From: Epiperipatus broadwayi
Taxonomy: Eukaryota; Animalia; Onychophora
Reading direction: 5' to 3'
DNA length: 64,000 nucleotides
Assembly: GCA_028023455.1 (NCBI GenBank)
Contig: JAQFVV010000003.1
Span: 25,234,001 to 25,298,000, forward strand
In this document: piece after piece, positions 27,001 through 39,823 of the stretch
How positions within the stretch are numbered: position 1 is the first letter of the stretch
Layout of the letters: every line of letters starts with the position of its first letter
Translations under genes and position numbers: made by a program
The notes under the pieces: generated by a model
What the model saw: only the letters and a program-made list of their open reading frames with translations
Database searches by the model: none
Told to the model about the DNA's origin: nothing

Positions 27001-28798
27001 CACAAATACCCACACACATTTGTCTACACATAATCATCTGCTCGTATTTGTATCCTATGACTGTAATATAAAAATCAGTATATAAATTGATTCTCTTATT
27101 AATTATAATATTTATTCAATTTACACATTGTAAAAGATTGTTGATTTTTATGAGATTTTGCAATTATATGTATTGTATTAAATTAAAAAACCATAATCTC
27201 TACAATATTCACAATACCAATATATAAAAATAAATAATAAACAAAGTTCATGATTAATATCCTGAGTAGCATTTAACATTTAAATTGTAAAGTGCTATTC
27301 AAGATAGCAGGCATGCCATAAGCTGACTATAACTTTTATTTATTTTTATATATAGCATTTTAAATATTGTAGAGATTTTTCCAGAGGTTTTTGTTTATTA
27401 TATTTATCTGATTTTAATATTTTTTTTGGAATTATTTATATATGAGTGTGGACTATAAATGTGGACATATCGGTATATGTGCAGGGATGCATGTAATACA
27501 CTTGTATTTTAATAATAGACAAGAAATAAATAATTTATATAAATAATTATATACATGGATAAAAATATGTATGTATGCATACAATATGATTAATGGAATA
27601 CATTTATCAATTACAGCAATTGTTAAATAGTCAAAACTATATATACATAAATAATAGCAATAAATATACTAATATTTTAAATGTGAAATAAAAAGTTTAT
27701 TATTTTATTGATGATTCTAGTATGCTGCTCGTGATATCATAAAGGTTTTTATATTTTTATATTTGTTTCAGCTACACATCTATTGATAATTCTTAAATCA
27801 CTAGCCTATCATTGTACATAATTACATAGAAACATTGTGAAAATATTTTAACACATGGGTAATTTTATTGTATGCCTTTATAATATACATTATAATCTTT
27901 AGTGTTCTCTATGAAAACAGCTTTAGAATTTAATAAAATGATAACTACGACAAGTAAGAACAGTAGATCACTACTGCTGACATATGAAGGAATGTATGTT
28001 GCTTTTTGTACAATATGATATGAATGTAATCAACTTCTAAAATTAATTTGTGGGCTTATTTTTAAATCTATGTTCAGTTTTGTTTCTTATACTTAAAATA
28101 TCACCTCCTTTGTATATTCTTGAAGCTTTATATCTGGACTAGATATGATAATCTCTAGCCTAATAAATGATCAGTAGTAATCATCTCAAATGGATGGTGT
28201 CGAAGTATACTTGAAAATCAAATTGTAATAATTTTATATCACTAAATGATCAAACTTTAGTCTGATTGCCAGGCAATCACTTTCTTTTAACAAAATTCTA
28301 TAACATTTCCAAAGTCATATTCATTTATTTTAAAGTGATAACTATTCTGTTGTTAAATCATTATATTAATAACATGGTTATTTGCCGAGAAATGGCATTC
28401 AAGTCCTCAAATGGCAGGTTGAATGCAAAAATTTCATCAAGTAAGTTTTTTTTAAATAATGCTTTACTTAATTGAAATCAATCCTGCAATTTTTAGTTCT
28501 TGAGTCTGCCAAATTATTCCTAAAATGGTATACTGTGGGGCATAAATAGATATATTATAAAAAATACTAATAATTGGTGGTATTGTTAGTATCCACCACC
28601 TTTTTTTCTCTTCCCCTTCCCCCTTTAACAAATCACCTACTATTTAAAAATAATATAATAATCTACAATCCCCAACCCAACTACAAATAAATACTAACTC
28701 AACCATTTAATAAAAAGTGTGGATTGGATTCATTCTTATATTAAATTTTTTTTCCTTTAGGTTTTTTTTGTTGAGGTTTTTTTGGTTTGTGTGTGTAT

Positions 28799-28824
28799 AA
28801 AAAAAAAAAAAAAAAAAAAAAAAA
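28799..28824 (+). repeat. A26 homopolymer
   Basis: Directly visible. No recognisable retroposon body upstream. Confidence 0.9.
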
Positions 28825-29394
28825 TTTGGTGTCTTAAATTCATTCAATCTTTATTACAGTCTTTTCACGTTATTCTGAGGCTTTTAAGGTTATTTATTTA
28901 TAGTTACATTTAAATTTAAAAAGCAGCATCTATATTGATTACTAACATCATGCTAATATGAAGGATAAAATTTATGAAATAGATTACCAAGAAGTTCACA
29001 AGTGAAAAAAAATTGAAACCATGTATCTAAGATACTTCAGCATTAAATATAGTTTAAACTAGAAAGTATTGGTACTAAATAAAAATAAGACTCTTTAATG
29101 GTCCATGTTTATGCTCTACAGATTTATACATTAAACTCATAAATATATTTCCGATTGCTCTAAACCTTTTTTATTAACATAATTTTATTGTATGCATGGT
29201 TATAGGTTCATAATTAATAAATACATACATGGCAATCTAAAGATTTCTTATTTGGTGGGAGTTAATTGTCGATCAATTGTATTTATTATATTAAGCTTAA
29301 ATTTTTCTCTTCTAATAATTCTTCATAGATAATATCTGCATCTTTTATTTTTATTTTTATTGTATTTCTTCTATTTGTTTTTAAAAATAACTAA

Positions 29395-29490
29395 TGGGAG
29401 TTCATAAAAAGTTTGAGCACCAGAAGTGATAGAGCTGGGCATGATCAGTGAATTCTAAGCTCCAGATTCCACCAGTCTCCCATAGCATTG
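29395..29490 (-). mobile_element. tRNA-derived SINE, family B (degenerate copy)
   Basis: Reverse complement reads ...CTTCTGGTGCTCAAACTTTTTATGAACTCC, matching the 56941-56970 tail. Confidence 0.6.
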
Positions 29491-30331
29491 AAACATTCAG
29501 AGTTATTTGTTTTCCAATGTCATAATTAATAGGAGCAGTCTTGAACTAATTTAATACATTCAGTAAAATATTGAATAATTCAAATCTTACATAAATAAAA
29601 TATATATATATATTAATTAGAAAAAATAGTTTTCAAACAACTTTGAAAAATCAAAATGTTTTTTTTTTCATCTGTGTCAATATCATAAGCGTTTAATTTT
29701 TTTTCTTAAATGAAGTGACATTTTACTATCAATTCTTTTTTTTTAAAAAAAAATACAACTAGAAATAATTCTAAAAGTAGATTAAAAATTAATTTCTATT
29801 TTAATTAAATAGTAAAAAATATATTTTTACAAAAAAAAAAAAAGGTAAATTGCAATGTGTCTATTTTTAAAAATTCATTTTTAATCTGTGTATGTAGGTG
29901 CTTGAGGGTGCATGTGTGTGAGAATTGATCATTGTGGATAAAAAAATTTTCAACAAGAATGCGATTCAATATATTCCCACACCGATTTAATGCAAGTTCA
30001 AGAATAGCTTTGTAAAAAAAAAATCAATAAATATCACATAACAACTGCTAATATAGTCTTTTAAGAATAATTTTCCCAGTCCTACTCCAGAACCATTTAT
30101 TATTGTATGTCTGATTAGTCAATAAATATGAGTTAGTTGTGTTCCTACATCCCCATTTAGTAATCAGGTCGAAGGTACAGATATATTAGATTTAAGTTGC
30201 TCACTAACAAAGATCATAAGTCAGAAACTAGTTTAAGGATGTGGATAGAATCATCACAATCAAAGGAAAAATAAAAGAGGGTAGCCTAGAAGAAACAAAA
30301 CAATTGTTAAGATATTGAATAATATTTCTGT

Positions 30332-30563
30332 AATGCAATTTTCACTACACCATTTTCATGCAAGACATGAAATCATAACACATATGACCAAAGACATGTG
30401 AAAAAGATCTATGGTCCCCAAGATGCACATTTTGTGCTGATATACATCTTGGAAATCATACATCTTTTTCACATGTCTGATCATATGTTTCTTCACAAGG
30501 TCTTAAAAGTGAATAGAAACCAGTCCCTATCTTGCGTGAGAATGATGTAGTGAAAATTGTATT
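30332..30563. repeat. Fold-back / MITE-like inverted repeat
   Basis: AATGCAATTTTCACTACACCATTTTCATGCAAGA pairs with TCTTGCGTGAGAATGATGTAGTGAAAATTGTATT. Inner arms ACATATGACC..AGACATGTGAAAAAGAT...CCAAGATG pair with CATCTTGG...ATCTTTTTCACATGTCTGATCATATGT. Confidence 0.8.
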
Positions 30564-30789
30564 CATTATTGGATAATTTCTAGTCTAATGAATGACTAAT
30601 AACATTATTAATTTTAAAGATGATAGAATAAATAGTATTAAGAGTCTAGTAAGTAATGGTAAACTGATACAAAGTTAATGGAACAATTTTTTTTTTCATG
30701 GTCAATCATTTGAAGCATCAAACAATGTTCAAGAACCAAAATAACCAGCAGAATATCACAATTTCGCTATCCATTAATTAAAGTAATAT

Positions 30790-30865
30790 ATATAATTTTC
30801 TGAGCTGAAAATCAATCCAAGATCTTTAACTCTTGAATTTTCAATTTTGCCACTAAGCTAAATTA
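30790..30865 (-). mobile_element. Possible highly decayed tRNA-derived SINE head
   Basis: Reverse complement TAGCTTAGTGGCAAAA...TAAAGATCTTGGATTGATTTTCAG resembles A and B boxes and the 61830-61915 head. Confidence 0.35.
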
Positions 30866-33594
30866 TTCTGAGCATCAAGCATGCATGGTTGTAGTACTAT
30901 GACATTTAGACTATACAACGTGCCTTCTGACAGAGAACGACATGTTTATGATATATTTAAAACAAAGAAAAGAAGAAGAAAAGAAACAATAATAATATAA
31001 AACTCGTTTACAGTTTCATTTTAAGCGGCATTTCTGCGGCAGTCTGCCATATGTCATCACCACAATTATTTCTTCGGAATGTTTGTTTTTGTTAGTATTC
31101 AGTAAGGCGGTTAAATTCATTTGGTGTTGTTATAAGAAGACTCCCATGGAGATTGTTTTGTGGTCTATTGCCATATGATAAAGCTTGTAAAGGAGTACAT
31201 AGAAAGAAATAAACGTTTTTTTTGTTTTGTTTTTAGAAATACACTAATTTTTTTCTTGTTTTCTTTTTGTTTTTAGAAGTATAATATCATATTTCACGTT
31301 AAACGGGGGGTGGAGGGTGGGAGCTCAAGATTTATGTAAATAGTTTCAAAGAATCTTAAAAACTAGGTTACAATAAATCAAATCTTTAAATTTTGATACT
31401 ATTCTACACATTTCCTAGATACACTGCCAAATAGATCACGGTTATTTAAAAACTATAGTTTTATTTACTAATTGATTCAGTTTTTAATCTTTGTCAAAAA
31501 CCAAGTGGCGTATTTTTACAACTTGTCTCTGTTCTTAAGAAAACTTTTGTATGATTAAATGATTATTATATGCTGCCATCTAGGAAGATTTGCAGAAATT
31601 TATTTTCTAAAGGTAGTATTTTTGTTTTTTAAAAATATACATCCTGTGTATATTAACAAATTTAAATTAAATAATTATGTGAAGTTCACTGGAATTTATA
31701 ATGAAGCACTAAAATTAAGAAGCAGTAATAAATGTTGGGAAGCAAACAGTAATAAACTGTTACTGAGAAAGATCGCTAACCAATGGATTATTATGAAAAC
31801 TACATATACAAATTATCAGTTAAAAGTCATGATAAGAGATTTAAAACAACTAAAACAATTTAAATTAAATTGATATAAAAAAGAATGTAAAAACCTATTA
31901 TTTTATGGAATAGTTCCAAAATTGAAATATTAAATAAATGTTAATTAGTGATATGTTACGGCAACCAAATCCATGTATCATGACGACCCAATATTTAACT
32001 TCTAGTGATAGAAATTCTTATGAATTCATGAGCATTATATAAACCATTTAGCGATGATTAAATGCCATCACTTGGTCGATACCTAGGCACTCCAAATTGC
32101 TTTCATGAAAAGAACTTTTCGAATATATATATATATATGTAAAACAGTTCATCTATTTGTTATACAGACTGCAGTTATGCTTATTTAATAATCTATAATG
32201 TATGCCCAAATAATAAACTGCTATGTGTGACATTTATCTGTTTATATTTGTCTGCAAAAAAAAAAAAAAAAGAGGCATTTTTTCATTCATGAATTTTAAA
32301 AAAAGTTGCATGAAGAGAGATTGAACGAATACAGCTGATAAATAAGCTGGGTCATGCTGAATTTAGTTAAAAAGTGTTTTACACTCAAGGTTTTGAGAGA
32401 TTACACTGTTGGGATGGAGTTTGTACTCTTTTGGTTTGCACAAAATGGAATGTTTATCACATAAATGTTTCAGAACTTTCAGATAAAATGTCTGACTATT
32501 ATGAACTAAATCTGAGAGAACAATGCTATTTGCGCAAAAAAAAAAAAATCAGCTTTAATTTGAACATTTCAGCCATTATAAAAAAATGACCAATATACAA
32601 AATGCATTTTAGAAAAAAATGGGCTATGTGAAACCACAGTTTTACTCAGCTTTATGTTATTTGGCAGATTGATGCAGAACTAATCCTGCAAGAAGTATAT
32701 AGCAGCAAAAGTATATACTACAATAGGCATGCATACGAGAGAAACATTTTGGTTATTTTTGACTCCCCCTCATATCATCAACAAATAAATTAATCAAATC
32801 AATATGGAAGAAAAACCAATAAAAAAGGATATAATGATAGATGTAGCAATTATCATTATAACTGGTAGTGAAGATAAATGGTATTGATAAAAGTAAAGGC
32901 TGCCATAATCATGGATATGCATAGAATGTCTTTAATGGACTTAATATTACGAAGAAAAAAAACAGTAGTAATTATTTCTTTGCTTATATCCATAATTTAA
33001 AAAAAAATTGTAAAAATGCTTAACAAACAAACATATATTTAAAAAATTGACTATCTTTTTTTTCTCCAAATATACAAGTAGTTTGGCATTTGAACATGGG
33101 GTCATGAAAATTATTTGGGCAGAATGAAGCTATAAGAAAACATATAACTAGGGAAGAATTACATGAGGTAATAAAAAGTTATATGACTTGGAAAGACTCG
33201 GAAGAAAGCATATGGTATGGAAAGAATATTGTACTTTTTGAAAATAAAATAAATAACCCAAATAAAAATGTTAAATAATATGAGATATAATTAAAATCAA
33301 ATTTTATATAAACATTTATATCTATGAAAAACACTATAACAGGGAATAAAACAAATTAAATAGATATCAAGTACTCAGTCTGTTTGTTTTGCTCTCTGTT
33401 AGGGTTTTTCATATTATTAATAATGACAGAGTATCAAAGTATACTATATATATTTAAGAGAGTATGAAAAATTGTTAGTGTTTTAAGGTAGTTTTATGAA
33501 AATTTTGGGAGAGGAATAGTTACATTAATCTAACATTTGTGATATAATATATTTTGTGTAAAATTTATTGTCAGATATTTTTAATCTATAATGT

Positions 33595-36349
33595 CATCAT
33601 CATCATCAACCATTATCAATCCACTGCAGGATGAAGGTCTCTCCAAGTTCAATCCATCTTCTCCAATCTTTAGCTTCTCTTCTCCACAGCACCCCTGCAT
33701 ACTTTCTTATTTCATCCATCCATCTCACATGTGGTCTCTTTCTGGGTCTTTTACAATCTCTTGGAATCCAGTTTAAAATTTCAATTGTCCATCTATTATC
33801 ATCTCTTCTAGCAATATGTCCAGCCCAACTCCACTTCAATCTTTTAATTTTTTCAATGAGGTCAGTAACACCTGTTTGTTCTCTTACTCATACATTGTGT
33901 TTTTGATCTCTTCTTGTTACTCCCAACATACATCTCTCCATACTTCTTTGAATGGTCTGAAGTCTCTGTATTGCTCTTCTATTAAGTGTCCAAGTCTCAG
34001 ATCCATAAGTAAGAACTGGTAAAACACATTTGTTAAAAACCTTCCTTTTCAAACACATAGGCATATTTCCTTTTAGTATCAAGTTATTTCTACTAAAAGC
34101 ACTCCAACCAAGTTTAATTCTATGATTAATTTCCTCCATTATGTTTCCATCTGTATTAATAATCTGACCAAGGTATTTGTAACTGTTAACTTCTTCTAAT
34201 TTATTATAATCAATCTTTATTTTCATATTTTGAGCAAATCGATTAAACCTTACTTTAGTCTTTTTAACATTTATCTTTAGTCCTACTTTCCTACTTTCAT
34301 CTGATAACTCCTGCAACATTTCCTGCAGCTCTGAAGCATTATTTGCAAAAACAACTACATCATCTGTGAAATCTAAATGACTTAAATAATCTCCATTTAC
34401 TTTCACTTCTTTAGTTTCCCATTTTAATCCACAAAATACTTCTTGCAGCACTGCTGTAAAAAGTTTTGGAGATATGGAGTCACCTTGTCTTACACCTTTC
34501 TCAATGTTGACTTTCCCAGTATCATTATGCAATCTAATTGTTGCTGTTGCATTTTTATAAATATTCTTTAAAATATGACAATATCCTGGATCTATACCTT
34601 GATGATCCAATGCTTTAATCACTGAAGAAATGTTTATAGAATCAAATGCCTTTTCATAATCTACAAATCCAAAACATAATGACAACTCATATTCATTTGT
34701 CCTTTCTATAACTTCTCTCAATACCTGGATATGATCTACTGTACTAAAACCACTTTTAAATCCAGCTTGTTCTCTTGGTTGGTGGAAATCCAATGTTCTA
34801 TGTAGCCGAGTTGTAATTATCTTGTAAAAATTTGTATAAAACTGATAAAAGGCTGATAGGTCTGTAATTTCTAATATCTTCTTTATCACCTTTTTTAAAT
34901 ATTAATATTATTACTGCATTCTTCCAATCATCTGGTACATCTTTATCATTTAGACATTTGGTATATAACTTTGCTAAAAAAAAATTCTATTTCTTCACCT
35001 GCTTCTTTTAATATATCAATTATAATTCCATCATTACCTGGAGGCTTTTCTTTCTTCATACATTTAATTGCATGTCTCACTTCTTCATTTAAAATTCTGG
35101 GCAATTTGGAAGATGTAATAGATATAGGAGGTACTTGTCCTTTATTACTATATAATTCTTGATAAAAATCTTCTACCAATTTCATGATGTCATCTCTCTT
35201 TTTAGTAATAATTCCATCTTTTTTTTTTATTGCAGATATAAATTTTCTACCAATACCAAAATGTTGTTTTACATTCTTGAGACTTTTATTTTCTTCTACA
35301 GCTTTCTTTGCTAGTTCACAGTTATACTTTCTTATATCATTTTCAACTCTTTTATAAAATTCGAGCTATTCAATTCTTTTTAATGCATCATTTTTGTATG
35401 TCTTCATATTCCTTCTTTTCTTCATAAATTCTCTAGTCTCAGTAGAAATTTTATTGGTCAATTGCTCTTTTTTTCTACCAGCTATCTTTTTTGCAATTTT
35501 TAAAAGTGTATCAGTTTTTCATATTAATTTCATTCAAATCTGAATCATGTTCAAAATCTACTAATACTTGAAACCGATTTGTAAGTTTTAATTTAAATTC
35601 ATTAGAATGTTTCTGAAGATTAGGAATATCAACTGTAAATATTGTTTTTTTTTTAATAATTTTTGTCTCTCTAGTTTTGCATTAACACGTATCTTACACC
35701 TTACTAATCGATGATCACTTCCTGTGTTAAATTTATTAAGAACATTACAATCTTGAAATATGTATTTCCTGTTAGTCAAAATATAATCCAATTCTGCTGT
35801 ACCTTCATTTGGATGTTTCCATGTCCATTTCCTTTTAACATTTTTCTCAAAAAAAGAATTCATAATATAAAGTTTTTCTTTTTCTGCAAACTCCACAAGT
35901 CTATGTCCTCTCTCATTTCTATTACCATAACCAAAATTACCTACAGCATTTTCATCTTTCATTTGTTTATCAATTCCAGCATTAAAGTCTCCCATAATGA
36001 TTTTAAAATGTTGTTTACTCTGATCAAAAGCCTTTTGTACATCCATATAAAAATCTTCTACTACTTCATCACTATGAGAACTTGTTGGGGCATAAACCTG
36101 AATTATCTGCATTTGGTATCTGCTATTAAGTTGTAAAACTAATCTTGCCACTCTGTCTGATACACCATCAATCTCCACAATATTATTCTTCCATTTTTTA
36201 TTTATAATGAATCCTACTCCACTTGTATTTCCTATATGTGTGCCTTTATAATAGAGTATCTGTCCACTTTTTAAATCAATTGTCTCTTCACCTTTTCTTC
36301 TAACTTCACAAAGCCCAATAATGTCCCATTTAATATAAGACAGTTCTCC
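33595..36349 (-). mobile_element. RTE-clade (RTE/BovB-like) LINE, 5'-truncated within the endonuclease
   Basis: IKWDIIGLCEVRR, QVYAPTS, GDFNA and GSDHRLV (APE); REQAGF, FVDYEKAFDS, GVRQGDSISPKLF and FTDDVV (RT); KWSWAGHIARR..RW...W.PR...RPR.RP..RW.D (RTE C-terminus); (GAT)n tail; exact 13-bp TSD TAATCTATAATGT at 33582-33594 and 36350-36362. Confidence 0.95.
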
Positions 36350-36542
36350 TAATCTATAATGTATAATCACTTTTTTTGCCCTAGAACATCATATCATCAG
36401 CATTTCTTATGTTTATTCAAATTGGCAAAAGAGTAGCAACTTTCTCCAAACAGTAGTGTGATGCAACGTAAGTCATAGTTATCTATGGGTGCTAGAAAGT
36501 TTATGCATTATTATTACTACCTAGTGATGACTCATCCAATAT

Positions 36543-36645
36543 CCTAGACTAGCTCCTAGCTTGTGGTTTTCATCAGTGAGAAGCTTTGAATCTGAGAGCA
36601 TTGTACCTAGATCTTTGGATCTAATGCAACCCTCCAACAGTCACC
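36543..36645 (-). repeat. Short repeat with a degenerate hammerhead-like motif, copy 1
   Basis: Reverse complement ...GATCTAGGTACAATGCTCTCAGATTCAAAGCTTCTCACTGATGAAAACCACAAGCTAGGAGCTAGTCTAGG is homologous to 36970-37030 and 37213-37293. Confidence 0.6.
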
Positions 36646-36969
36646 AATTCCTTTTTTAGTTAATTATAAAGCTATTAGCCCAAAGTGAAAACACAATAAT
36701 ATTTTTAATACATGCTAATTTGCTTTCAGTTCAATATGTATACATATTGGTGTCTTTGATTTTTTAATAACCATTGGCAACAACTTCCTTTGGTCAGGAT
36801 TGGTATTAAACTCCTAAAACATCACAAGATCACCATTTCTTATTCTTAAGCAATCTGTTAAAAACAGTAACAACTCTCTTCATATAGTAGTTCCATCCAG
36901 TGCCAGCTATAGTAATCAATGGATGCAAAAAGTTTTGTACATCAAAATCTTTATCTAATGCTTACTCCA

Positions 36970-37030
36970 ATATCAGTGAGGAGCTTTGGATCTGAGAGCA
37001 CTGTACTTAGATCTTTGAATTTAAATGCAA
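36970..37030 (-). repeat. Same repeat, copy 2 (truncated at CTGAT)
   Basis: ATCAGTGAGGAGCTTTGGATCTGAGAGCACTGTACTTAGATCTTTG closely matches 36572-36617. Confidence 0.7.
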
Positions 37031-37212
37031 TTCTGGACAAAGGATGCAGGGTGACTATGGTTATTAAAATATCAAAGACACCAAAATGTATAGATCCTGA
37101 AATACATTCAGATCTGCATAACCATACAAGCAAAGTGGCTTGGATTAAAACATTATTGTGTTTTCATTTTTATAGTTAACTAAAAACTTAAAAGATGGAT
37201 GATGGAAGATTT

Positions 37213-37293
37213 CATTAGACAATGATCTAAGTGCAGTGATCTCAGGTACAAAGCCCCTAATTGATTAAAGCCACAAGATAGAAACTAGTCTGG
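37213..37293 (+). repeat. Same repeat, copy 3 (inverted), retaining GAAACTAGTC
   Basis: GATCTAAGTGCAGTGATCTCAGGTACAAAGCCCCTAATTGATTAAAGCCACAAGATAGAAACTAGTCTGG. Confidence 0.6.
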
Positions 37294-37955
37294 TGACATT
37301 AGATAAATAGGCACTAGGTAGGGATTTTGATACCCAAGCCTTCTAGCATACATTAATTTTTATGGCTTGCATTGAGTGGCCCAACTTGTTATCTATCATT
37401 AACCTGATCCAACATTCTCATGTCATATAATGACAATAAAAATAAATTTGAAAGGTTAATTGGCCAAAATTATAGGAATGCTCCAATTTTCTTTTAGAAA
37501 ATATGTATCTAAATATGTATCACATGAAAGTAGGATTGTAAAAGTTAAGAAAAGCAGGACAAAAAAATATGGAATGAGTATTAAAAGTCTAAAATGTTGA
37601 CAATAAGGATGAAAAAAAATTTGGAAATTTTTGTATACAAAATTATCAGGAGTCATTATCTATTGGATGGAATCTTACACACAAACATTCATTTATGTAT
37701 GCAAACTTATTAGAACAATGGTAATGGAATGGATTCTGAAAGCTAATTATTCCTGGGCTAGTGTTCAATTGAGCCAAATAAGAAGATCAATTTGGACCAA
37801 TTATCTATTTGGGTTCAAATACTGCATAATATCAAATAATTAACTATATCAGTTTTTAATTTTTATATATCCACTTATTTGTCTTCTTTTTATTTCTTAT
37901 ATATTGGAATTTATATATATCTGTTATATTTATCAATTAGTTACATATTGTATCT

Positions 37956-38366
37956 TTCGAACTCAGACTTTCACACAACCCTCAACTCTCCATGCCATCT
38001 AATATTGCTGACCCACCTGATCACACACATATTGAAAAAATAAATAATCACCAATATACGTATTTCGCACTAACGAGGGCTTTGAACTTTCCATCATCAG
38101 ATTTTCAATGAAATGGAAGACTGAAGAGTTGTGAGTAGTTTGAAGCCTGTCCATTAAAGTATAAAAATTGGCTATTTTAATATAAAGCTGAGCTCTGATT
38201 GTATATATGTGTGGGAATGGTAATCTGGACCAACTGATGAGTGCTGGTTTAGTACGAAATACGTATATTGGTAATTATTTATGTTTTCAACATGCGTGTG
38301 ATCAGGTGGGTCAGCAATATGAGATGGCTTGGAGAGTTGAGGATTGTGTGAAAGTCTGAGTTCGAA
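37956..38366. repeat. Inverted repeat with about 118-bp arms (37956-38073 and 38249-38366), Penelope pseudo-LTR-like
   Basis: TTCGAACTCAGACTTTCACACAACC...GCTGACCCACCTGATCACAC...CCAATATACGTATTTCGCACTAA pairs at high identity with the right arm. The right arm starts within a hammerhead ribozyme. Confidence 0.9.
38229..38272 (+). ncRNA. Minimal type I hammerhead ribozyme (predicted cleavage after AUA at 38267)
   Basis: ACCAA-CUGAUGA-GUGCU-GGUUU-AGUAC-GAAA-U-ACGU-A-UA-UUGGU: intact core, 5-bp stem II, palindromic stem III (AUACGUAU) and 5-bp stem I. Confidence 0.8.
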
Positions 38367-39823
38367 TCGCTTATATATCTATGTGCAAGTGTAAGCCTGT
38401 ACAGTGTATTAATTTACATATTGTGTCTTTATATATTTGAATGTTTATATAATTACGAACACACAAATATGTTCAATATTTTTTATATTTTTTAATTTTT
38501 CTTTATTTTTCAATTTATCTCTAATTCTGGGTATTTATATAATATTTATTATTTTTGTCCATCTGTCTGCTTCTAATTTTATAATGTTGAACTAAACATG
38601 AAATGTTAGAATACATTGTTTTAAAAAGATAATACGAAATAAAAAACTAATTCTGATGAAGATTAAGTTTTATCCTTTGATGCAGTCTGGTTGTCTAGAC
38701 AATTGATTATACCTTTTCATTACAGGCTTATTTCTAAAAAAATTTAAAAGAACTATATATTTATACAATTATTTAATATTTAAAAATTATTTTTTTACTT
38801 TATATAATTATTTTTTAAAAACAAACAAACAAAAAAAAAAACATACAATAATGCTATTAGTATTTATATGAATTGTTTTATTATTATTATTATTATTTTA
38901 AGTTGTAGATAAAGTATCATTAATTCAAAATTTCTGTTTCCAGAGCAGTGATAGGATTTTTATATTTTTTGCATTTCAAAAATATAGGTCATTTATTCTT
39001 TCATTACAAACTCATTTTAACTCTGACTTTGTTAATAAAAAGAGAAAAAAATAGACAGTTCTCTGCAATTAAGTTTATTAATTTAAAGATAATATAATTT
39101 TTTTTTTTTTTTGGAAATGTATGTATAAACTAATTGATTTACTGTAAATGGTTTTACTCTTTAATTGTTTATTATGTCTAGGAATCTCAGCCAGTTTTGG
39201 CTGCAAAATTGTCATTTTATACTTATTTTATAGACAATTGCACATTTAAAATTTTAATTCCAGAAAAATCCACTTTTGGCAGTAATTTTTGAAAAAAAAA
39301 AAGATTTTCTTTGCTGTCTATTGTTATATAGTACAACCTTTTTACCCTTTTAAGGCACCAGTAAGCACTGACTATGAGATTTGGCCATTGTCCACTAGGC
39401 ATGTCTAAGTGTCAATGTCAGAAATCAAACCAAAATGTTTTATGAATGTTTTATGCTTTTGAATAGATTTTGAACATAAATAAACATATTTCTAGTAATT
39501 TTTTACATTGATAATTAAGTTTTTACACTAATTTACTTGAATATAAACTTTGATTTGAAAATTTTTACATTTTAGAAGAAAAATAATAAGAGAAAGAGGA
39601 TAGCTTTTGATCGCTATTCAAGACAAGTGACCACTATTTTCATATCAATGGCATATGGGGTTCTAGAAAACTACAACTATTTTTCATAAATATTTAAGTA
39701 TTTTATGATTACTTTTTACACTACATTGACAAATAAAGTGTCGATATTGACTAATAATGTGTGTAGATTTAGATTTTTATTTAAAATATTGAATTTTAGA
39801 TGAAGAAAAAATGACAAAAATGA

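Noticed and set aside
28260-28520. Possible exon(s) around the GTAAGT at 28441 and the minus-strand peptide LLDEIFAFNLPFEDL
   Set aside because: No compatible in-frame acceptor/donor pair was found on either strand.
28799-28824. Processed pseudogene or SINE poly(A) tail
   Set aside because: The upstream sequence is low-complexity with no ORF or Pol III boxes and no TSD; it may be simple slippage or a low-quality assembly patch.
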